From a virus: a stretch of 64,000 nt of DNA. Position numbers and translations under genes: made by a program. The notes under the pieces were generated by a model. The model saw only the letters and a program-made list of their open reading frames with translations, was not told the DNA's origin and made no database searches. Position 1 is the stretch's first letter; each line of letters opens with the position of its first letter. The DNA is taken from IMG/VR virus record IMGVR_UViG_3300044957_000346, positions 10,429-74,428 of that record; one strand, given 5' to 3'. Shown in pieces: positions 42,877 to 52,896 of the stretch.

Positions 42877-43410
42877 ATGCAGCAAAATTTAGTTAATATT
42901 CCACAACCAGCATTGTTTCCACTCAACGTACATACTATCGTAGAAATACCAAAGGATACAAATGCAAAGTATGAATATGATGCTAAATTAAATGTTTTGA
43001 GGTTGGATAGATGTCTGATTAGTTCTCTTCAATATCCCGCGAGTTATGGTTTTCTGCCACAAACATTGTCCGAAGATGGTGACCCAACTGACATTTTAAT
43101 TTATAATACTGTTCCACTTGTGCCACTTTCACTCGTAACAGTCAAAATTGTTGGAGGGTTAGTTACATATGATCGTGGTAAAAGGGATTATAAAATGTTA
43201 GGTGTGCCTACCTATAACCCAAATAATTATGAGGATATAGATGATTTAGATCCTATGTTTCTGACTGTGTGTGAGGACTTTTTCAGACTATACAAAAAAG
43301 TTAATAAAAAGCCGAATCCTATCAAAGTAAAAGGGTGGATTCACCATAAGGAAGCTCAAAAGTATATTATTGACTGTCATAACAATTTTAAAGTCAATTT
43401 TAACAAGTAA
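42877..43410 (+). CDS. ppa: Inorganic pyrophosphatase
   Basis: VEIP...KYE, LDR, YP..YGFLPQT..EDGDPTD, D.K, FF..YK. Confidence 0.92.
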   Translation: MQQNLVNIPQPALFPLNVHTIVEIPKDTNAKYEYDAKLNVLRLDRCLISSLQYPASYGFLPQTLSEDGDPTDILIYNTVPLVPLSLVTVKIVGGLVTYDRGKRDYKMLGVPTYNPNNYEDIDDLDPMFLTVCEDFFRLYKKVNKKPNPIKVKGWIHHKEAQKYIIDCHNNFKVNFNK

Positions 43411-43427
43411 TTATATATTTATATCAT

Positions 43428-43790
43428 ATGTTAGTCACCAATTTACTTACATTACACAACCAGCTTAAAATACATCACTGGCAAACAAAAAGTTATGCCG
43501 AACATCAAGCACTTGGATCCGCATATGACGAATTCACCGACTTGATAGATGAATTTATTGAAGTCTTGATGGGTAAGTATGGCAGAGTAAAAAGTGAAAG
43601 TGGGTTCAAAATTGAACTGTCTAATTATGAAGATTTATCAACCGTGGACTTTGTAGATAAATATATTGATTATTTAATTACCGAAGTACCAAAGGGATTG
43701 GAAGTTGAAAAAGATACTGATCTATTAAACATTCGTGACGAAATGTTAGGCACGCTTAATAAACTCAAGTACCTATTAACCCTACAATAA
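43428..43790 (+). CDS. Ferritin/Dps-like protein
   Basis: HHWQT.SYAEH.AL...YD...D.FIE...G, LNKLKYLL. Confidence 0.75.
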   Translation: MLVTNLLTLHNQLKIHHWQTKSYAEHQALGSAYDEFTDLIDEFIEVLMGKYGRVKSESGFKIELSNYEDLSTVDFVDKYIDYLITEVPKGLEVEKDTDLLNIRDEMLGTLNKLKYLLTLQ

Positions 43791-43791
43791 C

Positions 43792-44160
43792 ATGGATAAG
43801 CTTGACAAGTATGCAATAGTTAAATTCATCAAGTTCATACACGATGAATTAAATTTGAATTCCCCATTTAAAGTAAAATTAGTGACTAATCATGATGTGG
43901 ATTTAAAAACATATGCATATTATGATCCGAACAGTGGTTTTGTAAAAGTTTATTGTAAAAACCGAGGTTTAGCCGATGTTTTAAGAAGTATAGCTCACGA
44001 ATTGATTCATCATTTGCAAAATCAACGTGGTGAGTTGAATCAACCTGTACCTGATATTGGTGGTAAAATTGAAGACGAAGCTAATAGTGTGGCTGGACAA
44101 CTTGTGAAAATGTTTGGATATCAAAATCCAAATCTTACAATTTATAATAAAAATTTATAA
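43792..44160 (+). CDS. Zincin-like metallopeptidase domain protein
   Basis: AHELIHH.Q...E.EAN. Confidence 0.7.
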   Translation: MDKLDKYAIVKFIKFIHDELNLNSPFKVKLVTNHDVDLKTYAYYDPNSGFVKVYCKNRGLADVLRSIAHELIHHLQNQRGELNQPVPDIGGKIEDEANSVAGQLVKMFGYQNPNLTIYNKNL

Positions 44161-44526
44161 ATTGCGGACACTTTTAAAAAATTTTAAGTTGATATTGTCT
44201 GTGTCGTATACTTTTATATCGGAGTCTTTTAATCCAAAAAACCTTTTTGATTTTGTATATAATCTAGTTCCAATCTTTTTTCTACGGTATAATTTCTTGA
44301 CATATACCATAAATTGATAGTTTTTATTGGTTTTTTGAATTATACTCCACCCAACACATTTTGATCCACATTTTGCAATAAAAACTCTATTCTTTATTGA
44401 TTTTTCTGGATTGCAACATTCAACATACACGTTGTATATTGCTCCCGTACTGACCATTTTAGCGCACGCTTTTTCTTCAAATGGCGTTAAGTCTTTAGCT
44501 TGTTTGGAATATATTCTAATCCTCAC
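44155..44526 (-). CDS. GNAT acetyltransferase-like protein
   Basis: VYVKKLYRRKKIGTRL motif A, N..FF. Confidence 0.65.
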   Translation of the reverse strand: MRIRIYSKQAKDLTPFEEKACAKMVSTGAIYNVYVECCNPEKSIKNRVFIAKCGSKCVGWSIIQKTNKNYQFMVYVKKLYRRKKIGTRLYTKSKRFFGLKDSDIKVYDTDNINLKFFKSVRNL

Positions 44527-44529
44527 ATA

Positions 44530-44667
44530 TTATAAATATGATTTAACTGTTTGATACAATTCATCGTTGAATTGAGTTAATTTAAAAGTGGGAAATTCCA
44601 TTTCAAAATCTTTAACATCAATTGCATATCTGTACTCGGGCCCTTTACGACCAGTTACATATTCATA
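44530..44667 (-). pseudogene. C-terminal remnant of dTDP-glucose 4,6-dehydratase (RmlB)
   Basis: YEYVTGRKGPEYRYAID...TVKSYL* resembles the RmlB V.DR.GHD.RYAID tail; lies directly after the RmlD-like gene. Confidence 0.6.
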
Positions 44668-45529
44668 CGGTCCAATTTTTGATACAATAATCTACAGCTT
44701 CATACGACGTTTTCATTTTTATCCCAGTTGATAGTAACTTCTCATTACTCATAACGCAATTTGAACGAGAAGTTTTGACTACATTTTTATAGAACTCATC
44801 TTCGTCTACAAATTGGAAATTTTTATCTTTAGCAATGGTATTTTTTAACTTCTCTACAATACCTTTTGTAGTGATATACCCCCCATTGGTCACATTATAT
44901 GTACCATATGGTACTTTTTTGGTTAGTGTTTGAATACAAGCACTTACAAACTCTTGTTTATTGCTCACACTGTTTTCGGCATCTAACAATCGTTCATACT
45001 TTAATATTTTGCTTATATAATTTCTAGAATTATCATTTTCTTCAAATGGAATTCTTAATCTCCAAATATAATTCTTTTCCCACTTGGATATGATTTGTTC
45101 AGCAATTGCTTTTGTACCGCTATAAAAACTGCTGTTGTTATACTTAAAATTTAAATTTGGTTCGTCCTCTTCAGTGAATGGTTTGCCGTCTAATCTTCTT
45201 CCATCATATATACAACCACTTGATACATGACCTAATGGAATATCGTTCAACATACACCAATCGGTTAGTATTTGTGGCCAAATAATATTACCGTGTATTG
45301 TATCTTCTTTATTAAGTTCACACGCATCAACATTTGGTTTTCCAGTATAACCCGCCGCGTTTATTACACCACCGATTAGTGGATAACCGGCTTCTTCGTA
45401 CCATTTTTCTAAATCAACGAATGTGGTGGTTTTAGCGTTTGGCCATAAAAAAACAGGAAGTTTAAGTTCGTCGAGTTGTTTTTTAAATTCTCCGCCAATA
45501 TAACCTGTTGAGCCAAATAATATTATCAT
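44663..45529 (-). CDS. RmlD-like NDP-4-keto-sugar reductase (epimerase/reductase type)
   Basis: FGSTGYIG, AAGYTGKPNVDACE, SSGCIY, FYSGTK, LRIPF. Confidence 0.8.
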   Translation of the reverse strand: MIILFGSTGYIGGEFKKQLDELKLPVFLWPNAKTTTFVDLEKWYEEAGYPLIGGVINAAGYTGKPNVDACELNKEDTIHGNIIWPQILTDWCMLNDIPLGHVSSGCIYDGRRLDGKPFTEEDEPNLNFKYNNSSFYSGTKAIAEQIISKWEKNYIWRLRIPFEENDNSRNYISKILKYERLLDAENSVSNKQEFVSACIQTLTKKVPYGTYNVTNGGYITTKGIVEKLKNTIAKDKNFQFVDEDEFYKNVVKTSRSNCVMSNEKLLSTGIKMKTSYEAVDYCIKNWTV

Positions 45530-46368
45530 AGTAGTTTAGTTAAATATTGTTTATATTCGCAATTTGGCAATTTGTCAATTAAATTTTCGAATTGCGCTTT
45601 ATTTATTAATTTTCTTTTCAAGCACTCTTCTTCTATACATCCTATTTTTATACCCTGTCTGGATTGTAGTGTGTAAACATAAGCACTGCTTTGAAACAAT
45701 GTTTCCGCGCTACCGGCGTCTAACCACGCTGTGCCTCTTGCAAATTTTATAGCAGTTAGATCACCTTTATCAAGATATATTAAGTTTAAATCAGTTATTT
45801 CAAGTTCTCCTCTCGCAGAGGGTTTGAGCGTTTTTGCGTAATTAATAACATTATTATCATAAAAGTATAAACCAGGCACCGCATAATTGCTTTTGGGTTG
45901 TTTTGGTTTTTCTTCTATACTTAGTACTTTGTTATCTTCACCAAACTCGATAACGCCATATGATGTGGGATTATTTACTTCATATCCAAAAATAACTGCG
46001 CCTTTAAGGGTCGGTTTGACTCTAGGCGTTCCGTGGAAAATATTATCACCCAATATTAATGCCACATTATCTTCACCAATAAAATCTTCGGCGATAATAA
46101 AACTTTCAGCAATTCCTCTTGGCTTGTACTGAACTTTATAAGTGATTTTCAATCCTAATTGACTGCCGTCTCCGAATAATTTTTCATATAAAGGTAAATA
46201 ATTCGGCGAAGAAATTATGCAAAATTCCGTTATTCCACATTTTAGTAAAGTGTAAAGTGGATAATAAATCATTGGCTTATCGTAGACAGGCAATAATTGT
46301 TTATTTATAGTTGAAGTTAATGGGTAAAGTCGGCTACCAACCCCCCCAGACAAAATTATACCTTTCAT
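45526..46368 (-). CDS. rmlA: Glucose-1-phosphate thymidylyltransferase
   Basis: GG.GSRLYPLT...KQLLPVYDKPMIYYP, LGDNIF, EEKP, SARGELEITD, WLDAG. Confidence 0.95.
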   Translation of the reverse strand: MKGIILSGGVGSRLYPLTSTINKQLLPVYDKPMIYYPLYTLLKCGITEFCIISSPNYLPLYEKLFGDGSQLGLKITYKVQYKPRGIAESFIIAEDFIGEDNVALILGDNIFHGTPRVKPTLKGAVIFGYEVNNPTSYGVIEFGEDNKVLSIEEKPKQPKSNYAVPGLYFYDNNVINYAKTLKPSARGELEITDLNLIYLDKGDLTAIKFARGTAWLDAGSAETLFQSSAYVYTLQSRQGIKIGCIEEECLKRKLINKAQFENLIDKLPNCEYKQYLTKLL

Positions 46369-46447
46369 GTATTTATATGTATTTTACGAACATATTTAAA
46401 ATTTTTTATATATTGACTGAGTGTAAAAATGCGTTACGATGTGATAA

Positions 46448-46680
46448 TGGAAACAGAGCTAACTATTAAAAATAAAGTAAAAAACCCAATCTTAATTCAA
46501 CATGATGATTTAAAGTTTGACGGTAAAAATATTACCATTCCAAGTTATTATGTTGACACTGTGTTGGAGTATTTAAAAGATTGGAAACTGGATGGAGTTC
46601 CACAGGTTGATATTGAGGACTATCAATCATTTCGTAATTTTTTATATGATATCCAGGAATATAAAAATCGAGGAAACTAA
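46448..46680 (+). CDS. Hypothetical protein
   Basis: ORF after a TTGACT...TACGAT promoter (about 46413-46440). Confidence 0.55.
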
Positions 46681-47384
46681 TGACAATGAAAGAAATACTG
46701 ATATTCAGCCACAATTATCTAATAAATAACTGGTACGATGTTGTAAGTGAGCAGCTAATATTGTTAGTAAAAAGTGAGTTGTATGAAAATTCCACGACAA
46801 TATATTATTGTGGATATGGGGATGATGAACTTCAGATTCATAAATTTGTGAGTCTCTTAAAAAAGACTGACATTAAGAAAAAAATTTACATTTTAATTTT
46901 TCCCTATAACGACCGGGAAAAAAGTACAATTTCATTTCTGCAACGGATTTGCAAATCTCATAACAATGCTTATGTCTTATATTATCATACAAAAGGAGTT
47001 TACTCCGCATGTGTAGAAAATTCAAAAAATGCTAAAACTGTAAATTCTTGGCGGGATGTTTTAAATTATTTTAATATTGAAAACTGGAAAAAATCTATAA
47101 GCGCTTTAGATAGTCACGATATTTGTGGAGTATTATATGCAAATTGGCACATAAGTGGTGTAAATGGAGATCCTGATAGGTTCTCACATTTTTACGCTGG
47201 AAATTTTTGGTGGACAACTTCAAATTACATCAATAAATTGCCAGATGCCAATTTGATGAATAATTATAATGACATGGAAACGTTTATAACATCAATACCT
47301 CATCGTTGGGCCAATGGGGAAGTGCAATGCGCTGGCAATATATATAATATTTATTTCGACCCAAAAGAATATAGAAAGAATTAA
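46680..47384 (+). CDS. Hypothetical protein (glycan-cluster type, LYYHTKG)
   Basis: E..T...L, LYYHTKG, WR, FYAGNFWW. Confidence 0.6.
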   Translation: MTMKEILIFSHNYLINNWYDVVSEQLILLVKSELYENSTTIYYCGYGDDELQIHKFVSLLKKTDIKKKIYILIFPYNDREKSTISFLQRICKSHNNAYVLYYHTKGVYSACVENSKNAKTVNSWRDVLNYFNIENWKKSISALDSHDICGVLYANWHISGVNGDPDRFSHFYAGNFWWTTSNYINKLPDANLMNNYNDMETFITSIPHRWANGEVQCAGNIYNIYFDPKEYRKN

Positions 47385-47387
47385 TTT

Positions 47388-47969
47388 ATGGGAATGTTTG
47401 ATGACATAACGTGTAAATATCCCCTTCCTTTACCCGCAGATACCAAAGGATATTTTCCAGAAAACTTTCAAACCAAAGATTTTGACTGTGCCTTGGATTT
47501 TTATGAAATCCGTGAAGACGGTACACTCTGGCTTCGTGAATGTGAACGAGAATACATTGGGGGCGACCCCAAAGGTAAAACTTGGTCAGAAAAGCGTGGT
47601 GTTGTAAAAGAAACCAAAGTTTGGTGGACTCAAGTAAATGCGACAAAAACGATTAGTATGTATAATTCCCAACGAGGTGACGGTGAATATGATTATTGGA
47701 TTGAATTTTTAATTGTGTTTGTTAACGGCGTTGTTGATAAGATTGATCTTGTAGAGTTTGACGCAACTGATAATGGTGAAAGAAAAGAATCATACAAGAA
47801 ATTTGCAGAGGAAATGAAACTTAGGATGGAGTTTGAAAAAACACTACGATATAAAATGTTTTACGGACCATACAATAAAATCTTAAGGTTTGTTTTTAAA
47901 TTAGCGTCTAAAGTCAACGGATACATTTGTAATAACTTATGGAAGTGGGAAAGAAAATTGAGCATATGA
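47388..47969 (+). CDS. Conserved phage hypothetical protein
   Basis: MGMFD...FQTKD..C.L..Y.I..DG.L. Confidence 0.65.
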   Translation: MGMFDDITCKYPLPLPADTKGYFPENFQTKDFDCALDFYEIREDGTLWLRECEREYIGGDPKGKTWSEKRGVVKETKVWWTQVNATKTISMYNSQRGDGEYDYWIEFLIVFVNGVVDKIDLVEFDATDNGERKESYKKFAEEMKLRMEFEKTLRYKMFYGPYNKILRFVFKLASKVNGYICNNLWKWERKLSI

Positions 47970-48223
47970 AGGATCAAGATTCAAAATTTTTGATATGCGA
48001 CTGTTTCAGTCACGGACTCCTTGTTGAAAAATTTAAAGATGAAGAGGAAATCAGCATCAGCGTGTTTGAACGAGGCTTAGAAGGGCGAATCTTGTCTTGG
48101 AAAGAAAGACTAAGATGGTGCTGGCAAATCATTAGACATGGAAGACCGTGGTCAGATTTTGTGATATTAAACATTGAGAATCAAAAAAAATTAAAAGAGT
48201 TTTTACGTGCATCTACTAAATAA
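47966..48223 (+). CDS. Hypothetical protein
   Basis: CDC.SH motif; overlapping operon ORF. Confidence 0.55.
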   Translation: MKDQDSKFLICDCFSHGLLVEKFKDEEEISISVFERGLEGRILSWKERLRWCWQIIRHGRPWSDFVILNIENQKKLKEFLRASTK

Positions 48224-48743
48224 AACAAAAACCTACCTTGTAGGACATATGCAATATGCGGATGGATCTAGTTGGAGACGATATGTTAGACAACAATTGT
48301 CCCCAATGGGTATTACGGTATTCGATCCATATGACAAACCTTTTATTAAAGATGTGGCTGAAGGATATGAAATCAGAAAGTCGTTGTCAGAACTGATATC
48401 TAACAACAAATATGATGATGTGCAAGAAAGAATGAAAGAAATTCGCATTTACGATTTAAATTTGGTAGATAGAAGTGATTTTATTATTGCACATATTCTT
48501 CCAGAAGTTGCTAGTTGGGGAAGTGCGGAAGAATTAGTAACCGCTAATAGATCAAAGAAACCCATATTCTTAAGCGTAGAAGGTGGAAAAAATAAATGTC
48601 CATTATGGATATTGGGAATGTTGCCTCACAGATATGTATATAATAGCTTATCGGAGATAATATCAACAATAATCGGAATAAACAGTGGATTTGTTGAGAT
48701 CGATAGTGCTAGATGGAGACTACTAAGGGAGGAATATAGATAA
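48207..48743 (+). CDS. Nucleoside 2-deoxyribosyltransferase-like protein
   Basis: YLVGHM...WR...FDP, DL..VDRSDFII, GS.EE, KP. Confidence 0.7.
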   Translation: MHLLNKTKTYLVGHMQYADGSSWRRYVRQQLSPMGITVFDPYDKPFIKDVAEGYEIRKSLSELISNNKYDDVQERMKEIRIYDLNLVDRSDFIIAHILPEVASWGSAEELVTANRSKKPIFLSVEGGKNKCPLWILGMLPHRYVYNSLSEIISTIIGINSGFVEIDSARWRLLREEYR

Positions 48744-48935
48744 CATGAATCCAAACGAATTTGAAAGAACAAAACCTACAATAACTATGAAAAAAATCAA
48801 TGACCCAATAAAACTCATTGATGAAGAACGAGTCAAAACCGAAATTTTATATATAGAGATAGAATTAGAAGTCTTGAGGACATCAGCTTACTAATTAAAG
48901 ATATGAAAACTAGTTTTAAAAAAGGAGAATAATTT

Positions 48936-49301
48936 ATGAATAAAAATGGACAAAAAATTTTAATGTATGCCGAGGTTGGTAGAAAACTATCGGAAGTTCA
49001 AGATACATATGTTACTAATATTGTTGATGAACTATTAAAAATTCATCCGGACATCAACGAAATTAATCCAGAGGATTCGGCGGAAAATTGGGCATATGAT
49101 ATTATAAATGCTAGTGATAATCACGAAGTTATTGAAACTTTAAATAGATTAAACGATATCTTACAAGAAAAAAGAAGCACAAATAAAGAATTGTCAAAAG
49201 AAGAAAGATTAAATATTAAAAATAAGGAGTTAATGGAGTATATTGGTAAACTTGAAAGAGAGTTGTCAATAGTAAAATCCGTTCATGAAAGTAATTATTA
49301 A
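48936..49301 (+). CDS. Hypothetical protein
   Basis: AGGAG SD, followed by a terminator. Confidence 0.6.
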   Translation: MNKNGQKILMYAEVGRKLSEVQDTYVTNIVDELLKIHPDINEINPEDSAENWAYDIINASDNHEVIETLNRLNDILQEKRSTNKELSKEERLNIKNKELMEYIGKLERELSIVKSVHESNY

Positions 49302-49305
49302 TTTC

Positions 49306-49328
49306 AATCCGCTTCGGCGGGTTTTTTT
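49306..49328 (+). terminator. Intrinsic terminator
   Basis: AATCCGC-TTCG-GCGGGTT plus T-run. Confidence 0.85.
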
Positions 49329-49368
49329 ATTTCTTTGACTTCCATGAAATTTGTGGTATGATGACTAT

Positions 49369-49620
49369 ATGATTAACTGTGGATGTGGAAAAGAAATTCA
49401 TTCTGAGCGTCATGCTTTGGGATACAAGGTGTGTCTTGACTGTGGAGACAAACATGCTATTAAAAATAAAAAATATGGTTATGTCAGTTATGGACACAAA
49501 ACTGCTGGTGCTATTGTAGTGACCAGTAAAAAAGCGTTTGATAACTATACTAAAGTGAGTTATCGAATGGGTAAATCGAGTAATATGGGATATGCAAGTC
49601 GTTTGACCACATCATTTTAA
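49369..49620 (+). CDS. Small Zn-finger protein (DksA/TraR-like CxC...CxxC)
   Basis: CGCG.EI..ER..LG...CLDC. Confidence 0.55.
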   Translation: MINCGCGKEIHSERHALGYKVCLDCGDKHAIKNKKYGYVSYGHKTAGAIVVTSKKAFDNYTKVSYRMGKSSNMGYASRLTTSF

Positions 49621-49632
49621 TATTTATTATAC

Positions 49633-49887
49633 ATGACATCTAAACAATATAAAATTGCATACGATAAGTTGTTTAATCAATTGCCTAAGCGGAAACAATT
49701 GGCGGTCAAAGAGGATAGTAAAAAAAACAACTGGAGTGGTATTTTAACAGATTTTGTGAGGGGTGTTATTTATAACGCTGAAAAAGAATTTGATCAGAAT
49801 CAACTGACAATGGTTGATGAAGTTTCACCTTCTAATGCAGAAAAAGGAACAAAACCTTCAAAAAAATTGAAAAATAAAAAGATTTGA
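49633..49887 (+). CDS. Hypothetical protein
   Basis: ATG ORF. Confidence 0.5.
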   Translation: MTSKQYKIAYDKLFNQLPKRKQLAVKEDSKKNNWSGILTDFVRGVIYNAEKEFDQNQLTMVDEVSPSNAEKGTKPSKKLKNKKI

Positions 49888-49912
49888 CATTCTATAAAAT
49901 CTTTACTACAGT
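49884..49912 (+). promoter_or_regulatory. sigma70-type early promoter
   Basis: TTGACA-N17-TACAGT; similar elements at about 50685, 51453, 63148 and 63915. Confidence 0.65.
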
Positions 49913-49921
49913 AAAGGTACT

Positions 49922-50461
49922 ATGAATGTTTTGGATCATCTTAAGTCTAGTTCTGTAGACGAAATCAAGAGTTACTGTAAGAATACATGTATTGATGCAG
50001 GGGCTGCAATGATGCACGTTGGTGGAGATTTTAATCTATCCACCTTGGTTCGTAATGCCAATTTTTTTGGATTCAAGGAAGCATTTTATGTAGGGGGATC
50101 CAAGAAGTGGGACCGTCGTGGTACGGTTGGAACGCATCATTACACCGATCTTAAGCATATTAAGACCGAAGAAGACTTCATTACTTATTGTAAGTTGAAT
50201 TCTTACACCATTATTTCTGTCGAGAATAACATCCCAGAGCACAGTGATAAGACCGTATCTATTTTCAATCAATGGGTGTTTTCTGGAGTTGACAAGCCAA
50301 TGTTCGTATTTGGAGAAGAAAAGATGGGATTGAGCAATTATATTCTTGAAAACAGTGAATTTATTATTACCGTCCCAGCTTTTGGTAGTGTACGTTCGTT
50401 GAATGTTGGAACAACTAGCGGAATCGTGATGTCTTTTTATAGAAACTGTAACAATATTTAA
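49922..50461 (+). CDS. SpoU/TrmH-family RNA 2'-O-methyltransferase
   Basis: NL..L.R.A..FG, VFGEE..GLS, VP.FG.VRSLNV. Confidence 0.88.
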   Translation: MNVLDHLKSSSVDEIKSYCKNTCIDAGAAMMHVGGDFNLSTLVRNANFFGFKEAFYVGGSKKWDRRGTVGTHHYTDLKHIKTEEDFITYCKLNSYTIISVENNIPEHSDKTVSIFNQWVFSGVDKPMFVFGEEKMGLSNYILENSEFIITVPAFGSVRSLNVGTTSGIVMSFYRNCNNI

Positions 50462-50475
50462 CAATAAATAAAAAT

Positions 50476-50688
50476 ATGAGTACACAAACTGTATATGATG
50501 GTAATGGTCGTAGGGCCGGATATTACAACGAAATGAGCAATGTCATTTATGCACACGACTCTAATGGTCGTAATGTAGGATATTATAATAAAAGTACAAA
50601 TACTACATTTGATAAAAATGGCAGACGATATGGTTTTGGAAATCTAGTTACTTCACTAATTATGGAGTCACATCAAAATGGTCGTTGA
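50476..50688 (+). CDS. Small protein with three (Y/H/F)DxNGRxxG repeats
   Basis: Internal repeats visible in the translation. Confidence 0.6.
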   Translation: MSTQTVYDGNGRRAGYYNEMSNVIYAHDSNGRNVGYYNKSTNTTFDKNGRRYGFGNLVTSLIMESHQNGR

Positions 50689-50754
50689 CAAAAAGATAAT
50701 TGTGTGGTAATATGAAGTTGTAGTCGGTAAACAAAATAAAAAAATATAAATAAA

Positions 50755-51015
50755 ATGAGCAATACAAATAAGACTGGGCGTAAGCCTACTCAACTAAACG
50801 AAATCACTGACCGTGCTTTTACGGTTGTTGATTTGATCAACCTAAACACCAATGTTAAGGCTCTTACTGTTAGGATGTATGTTAAACGAAATGTTGAACA
50901 GGGGCGATATGTAATCACTGGTACATTTAAGAGTGGTAAGCGTGGTAAGCCTAGTACTACTTATACCTTCGTGCAGTCACAGACTGCAAATGTAACTGAA
51001 AAGATTGCTTCTTAA
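50755..51015 (+). CDS. Small putative winged-HTH DNA-binding protein
   Basis: FTV.DL...TVR...GKRGKP...Y; own promoter. Confidence 0.55.
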   Translation: MSNTNKTGRKPTQLNEITDRAFTVVDLINLNTNVKALTVRMYVKRNVEQGRYVITGTFKSGKRGKPSTTYTFVQSQTANVTEKIAS

Positions 51016-51099
51016 AAAATTATTTGGGGGTTATATACAAATAAAAATATATGACCTTTTAAATTTAAAATATATTTATTATTAAAGATAAATACTAAC

Positions 51100-51255
51100 A
51101 TGGGAAAGAGTTGGAAAGATAAGAATCGTAGGGATAAGTGGGACAACTACGGTAAGGGTGGAGCCAAAAAGTCTAAGAAGTTTGGCCACAATCAAAGGTC
51201 AGTTAAACAAAATAATAAGTGGGACAATTATGAAGACTACTCAGAAGGTTATTGA
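51100..51255 (+). CDS. Small basic 51-aa protein (not in the ORF track)
   Basis: MGKSWKDKNRRDKWDNY...KWDNYEDYSEGY*; TATTTATT upstream. Confidence 0.5.
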   Translation: MGKSWKDKNRRDKWDNYGKGGAKKSKKFGHNQRSVKQNNKWDNYEDYSEGY

Positions 51256-51487
51256 TAATCTAAAAAGTAAGATTGTGGATCGTAAATTGCAAATGAATGA
51301 CTCGTACAGTGAGTACATTTATAAGTCGGCAATTAAGTCAACTGTAAATGAAATGATTGGTCTCGAACCAGAGTATCTGGACACCAAAAATCTACCGCAT
51401 GTAGGTCAATAATAAATAAATTTAAAGGTGGGTAAAACCACTTTTTTTGTTATTGACTTTTTATATTGATTGTGTTATGATTTAATA

Positions 51488-51700
51488 ATGATTAACAATC
51501 AAGAATTATATTCTAAGAGCCTAAAGGATTGTCCGCCACAATATCGTATCGGTGATAAGGTAAAGACCAGTCAAGGTATCAGTTATATTAACGGACACGT
51601 TTTCAAGGAAAGAGAAAAAGTTTGGAAATATACAATGTATCCACATGGATTGAAAAATTTTTTAATTGATGTTGACACTGTATATGTAAAGGTAGAATAA
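51488..51700 (+). CDS. Small SH3/KOW-like hypothetical protein
   Basis: YRIGDKVKT..G; TTGACT-N17-TATGAT promoter upstream. Confidence 0.55.
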   Translation: MINNQELYSKSLKDCPPQYRIGDKVKTSQGISYINGHVFKEREKVWKYTMYPHGLKNFLIDVDTVYVKVE

Positions 51701-52224
51701 GTTATGGAACCAGATTCAAATGAGCAAATTTTAGCGAATCTAATGGATAATATCAGAAATTTACATGAAGAAAACGCTAAGCTATCTCAAGAGGTTGAAC
51801 GATTGCGAGAAGAAAATAAAGAATTAAATCGTAAATTAAAAAGTATACAAGCATTGTTCTTATGAAGAATATTTTTTGGGAAAAATGTTCCTCCATCAAT
51901 TATTGGTATGATGTTGATTTTGATTTATGTTGGAGTTGCATCACTGTTTGATAAAGGCGAAGAATGATTATACATGTTCCAGACAACATAAAACAAAAAT
52001 ATCCAAACTTTGAGTTTAGAGGTAGACAAAAAGAAGTTAAGGGTAGAATTGTTATTGATGCGTTTAATCGTGCAACCGATCAAAGTTTTCAATATAGCTT
52101 TGACGAGGACTTTTTTTTGGTTTGCTGAACAATGTGAGGGTATGATAAACAATAGAACCCATTATTAATTTGATGGGTTTTATTTTTTGTATATATTTAT
52201 ACTTTATAGGAATATTTTAAACTT

Positions 52225-52896
52225 ATGAGCGATAAACTAAACGAAACATTTGCAAAACATTCAGGTTTGTTAAAGAACAAACTAAATGAAGGATGGAATG
52301 ACAATGAAGATAAGATGTTGGACTATCTTCAACGATTAGCAGACAATGATAGTGATAATTTTTATGATGCAATGCGTGATTTCAAAGGATCATTTGGATA
52401 CACACCAAGTATTCGTAAACGTACTTCTTCACACAGTTCTCGTCAATCATTGACTGGTAAAACATTGTATTTTTATAATGTACCATCTGACAAACAAAAT
52501 GATGCGTATCGTTTGCTTAAGAAGACCAAGAGTGGAAAGTGGTATAGTCTTGTTCCAAATCCAGAAGCCGATAAACTATTTGGAAAAGGTAGACCTTGGA
52601 CCGCAAAACGATTGACACAGATTATCGAAGATTTAGCTAAACCACAAGTTAAAGAAGCTGTGGATCCATCTTTATTAAAATTAATAGATGAAGTTATACG
52701 CGACACAAATGTTTTGGTTGTAAATAACTTAAAAATAATAAAAAATATAATATCTAAAGAACCAATTGATAAAGCTAAATTGGATGTAGCTTTAAGTAAT
52801 TATAAACGTTATTTTAATAGAGACAATGGTGGTACACCTGAAGTAATTCGTGGCACAACCATGCAAAGCAAACTAGACAAATTATCAAACGGTTAA
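52225..52896 (+). CDS. Modular putative virion protein
   Basis: KLNE, KLNE and VKE boundary motifs; TATTTATA and AGGA upstream. Confidence 0.55.
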   Translation: MSDKLNETFAKHSGLLKNKLNEGWNDNEDKMLDYLQRLADNDSDNFYDAMRDFKGSFGYTPSIRKRTSSHSSRQSLTGKTLYFYNVPSDKQNDAYRLLKKTKSGKWYSLVPNPEADKLFGKGRPWTAKRLTQIIEDLAKPQVKEAVDPSLLKLIDEVIRDTNVLVVNNLKIIKNIISKEPIDKAKLDVALSNYKRYFNRDNGGTPEVIRGTTMQSKLDKLSNG

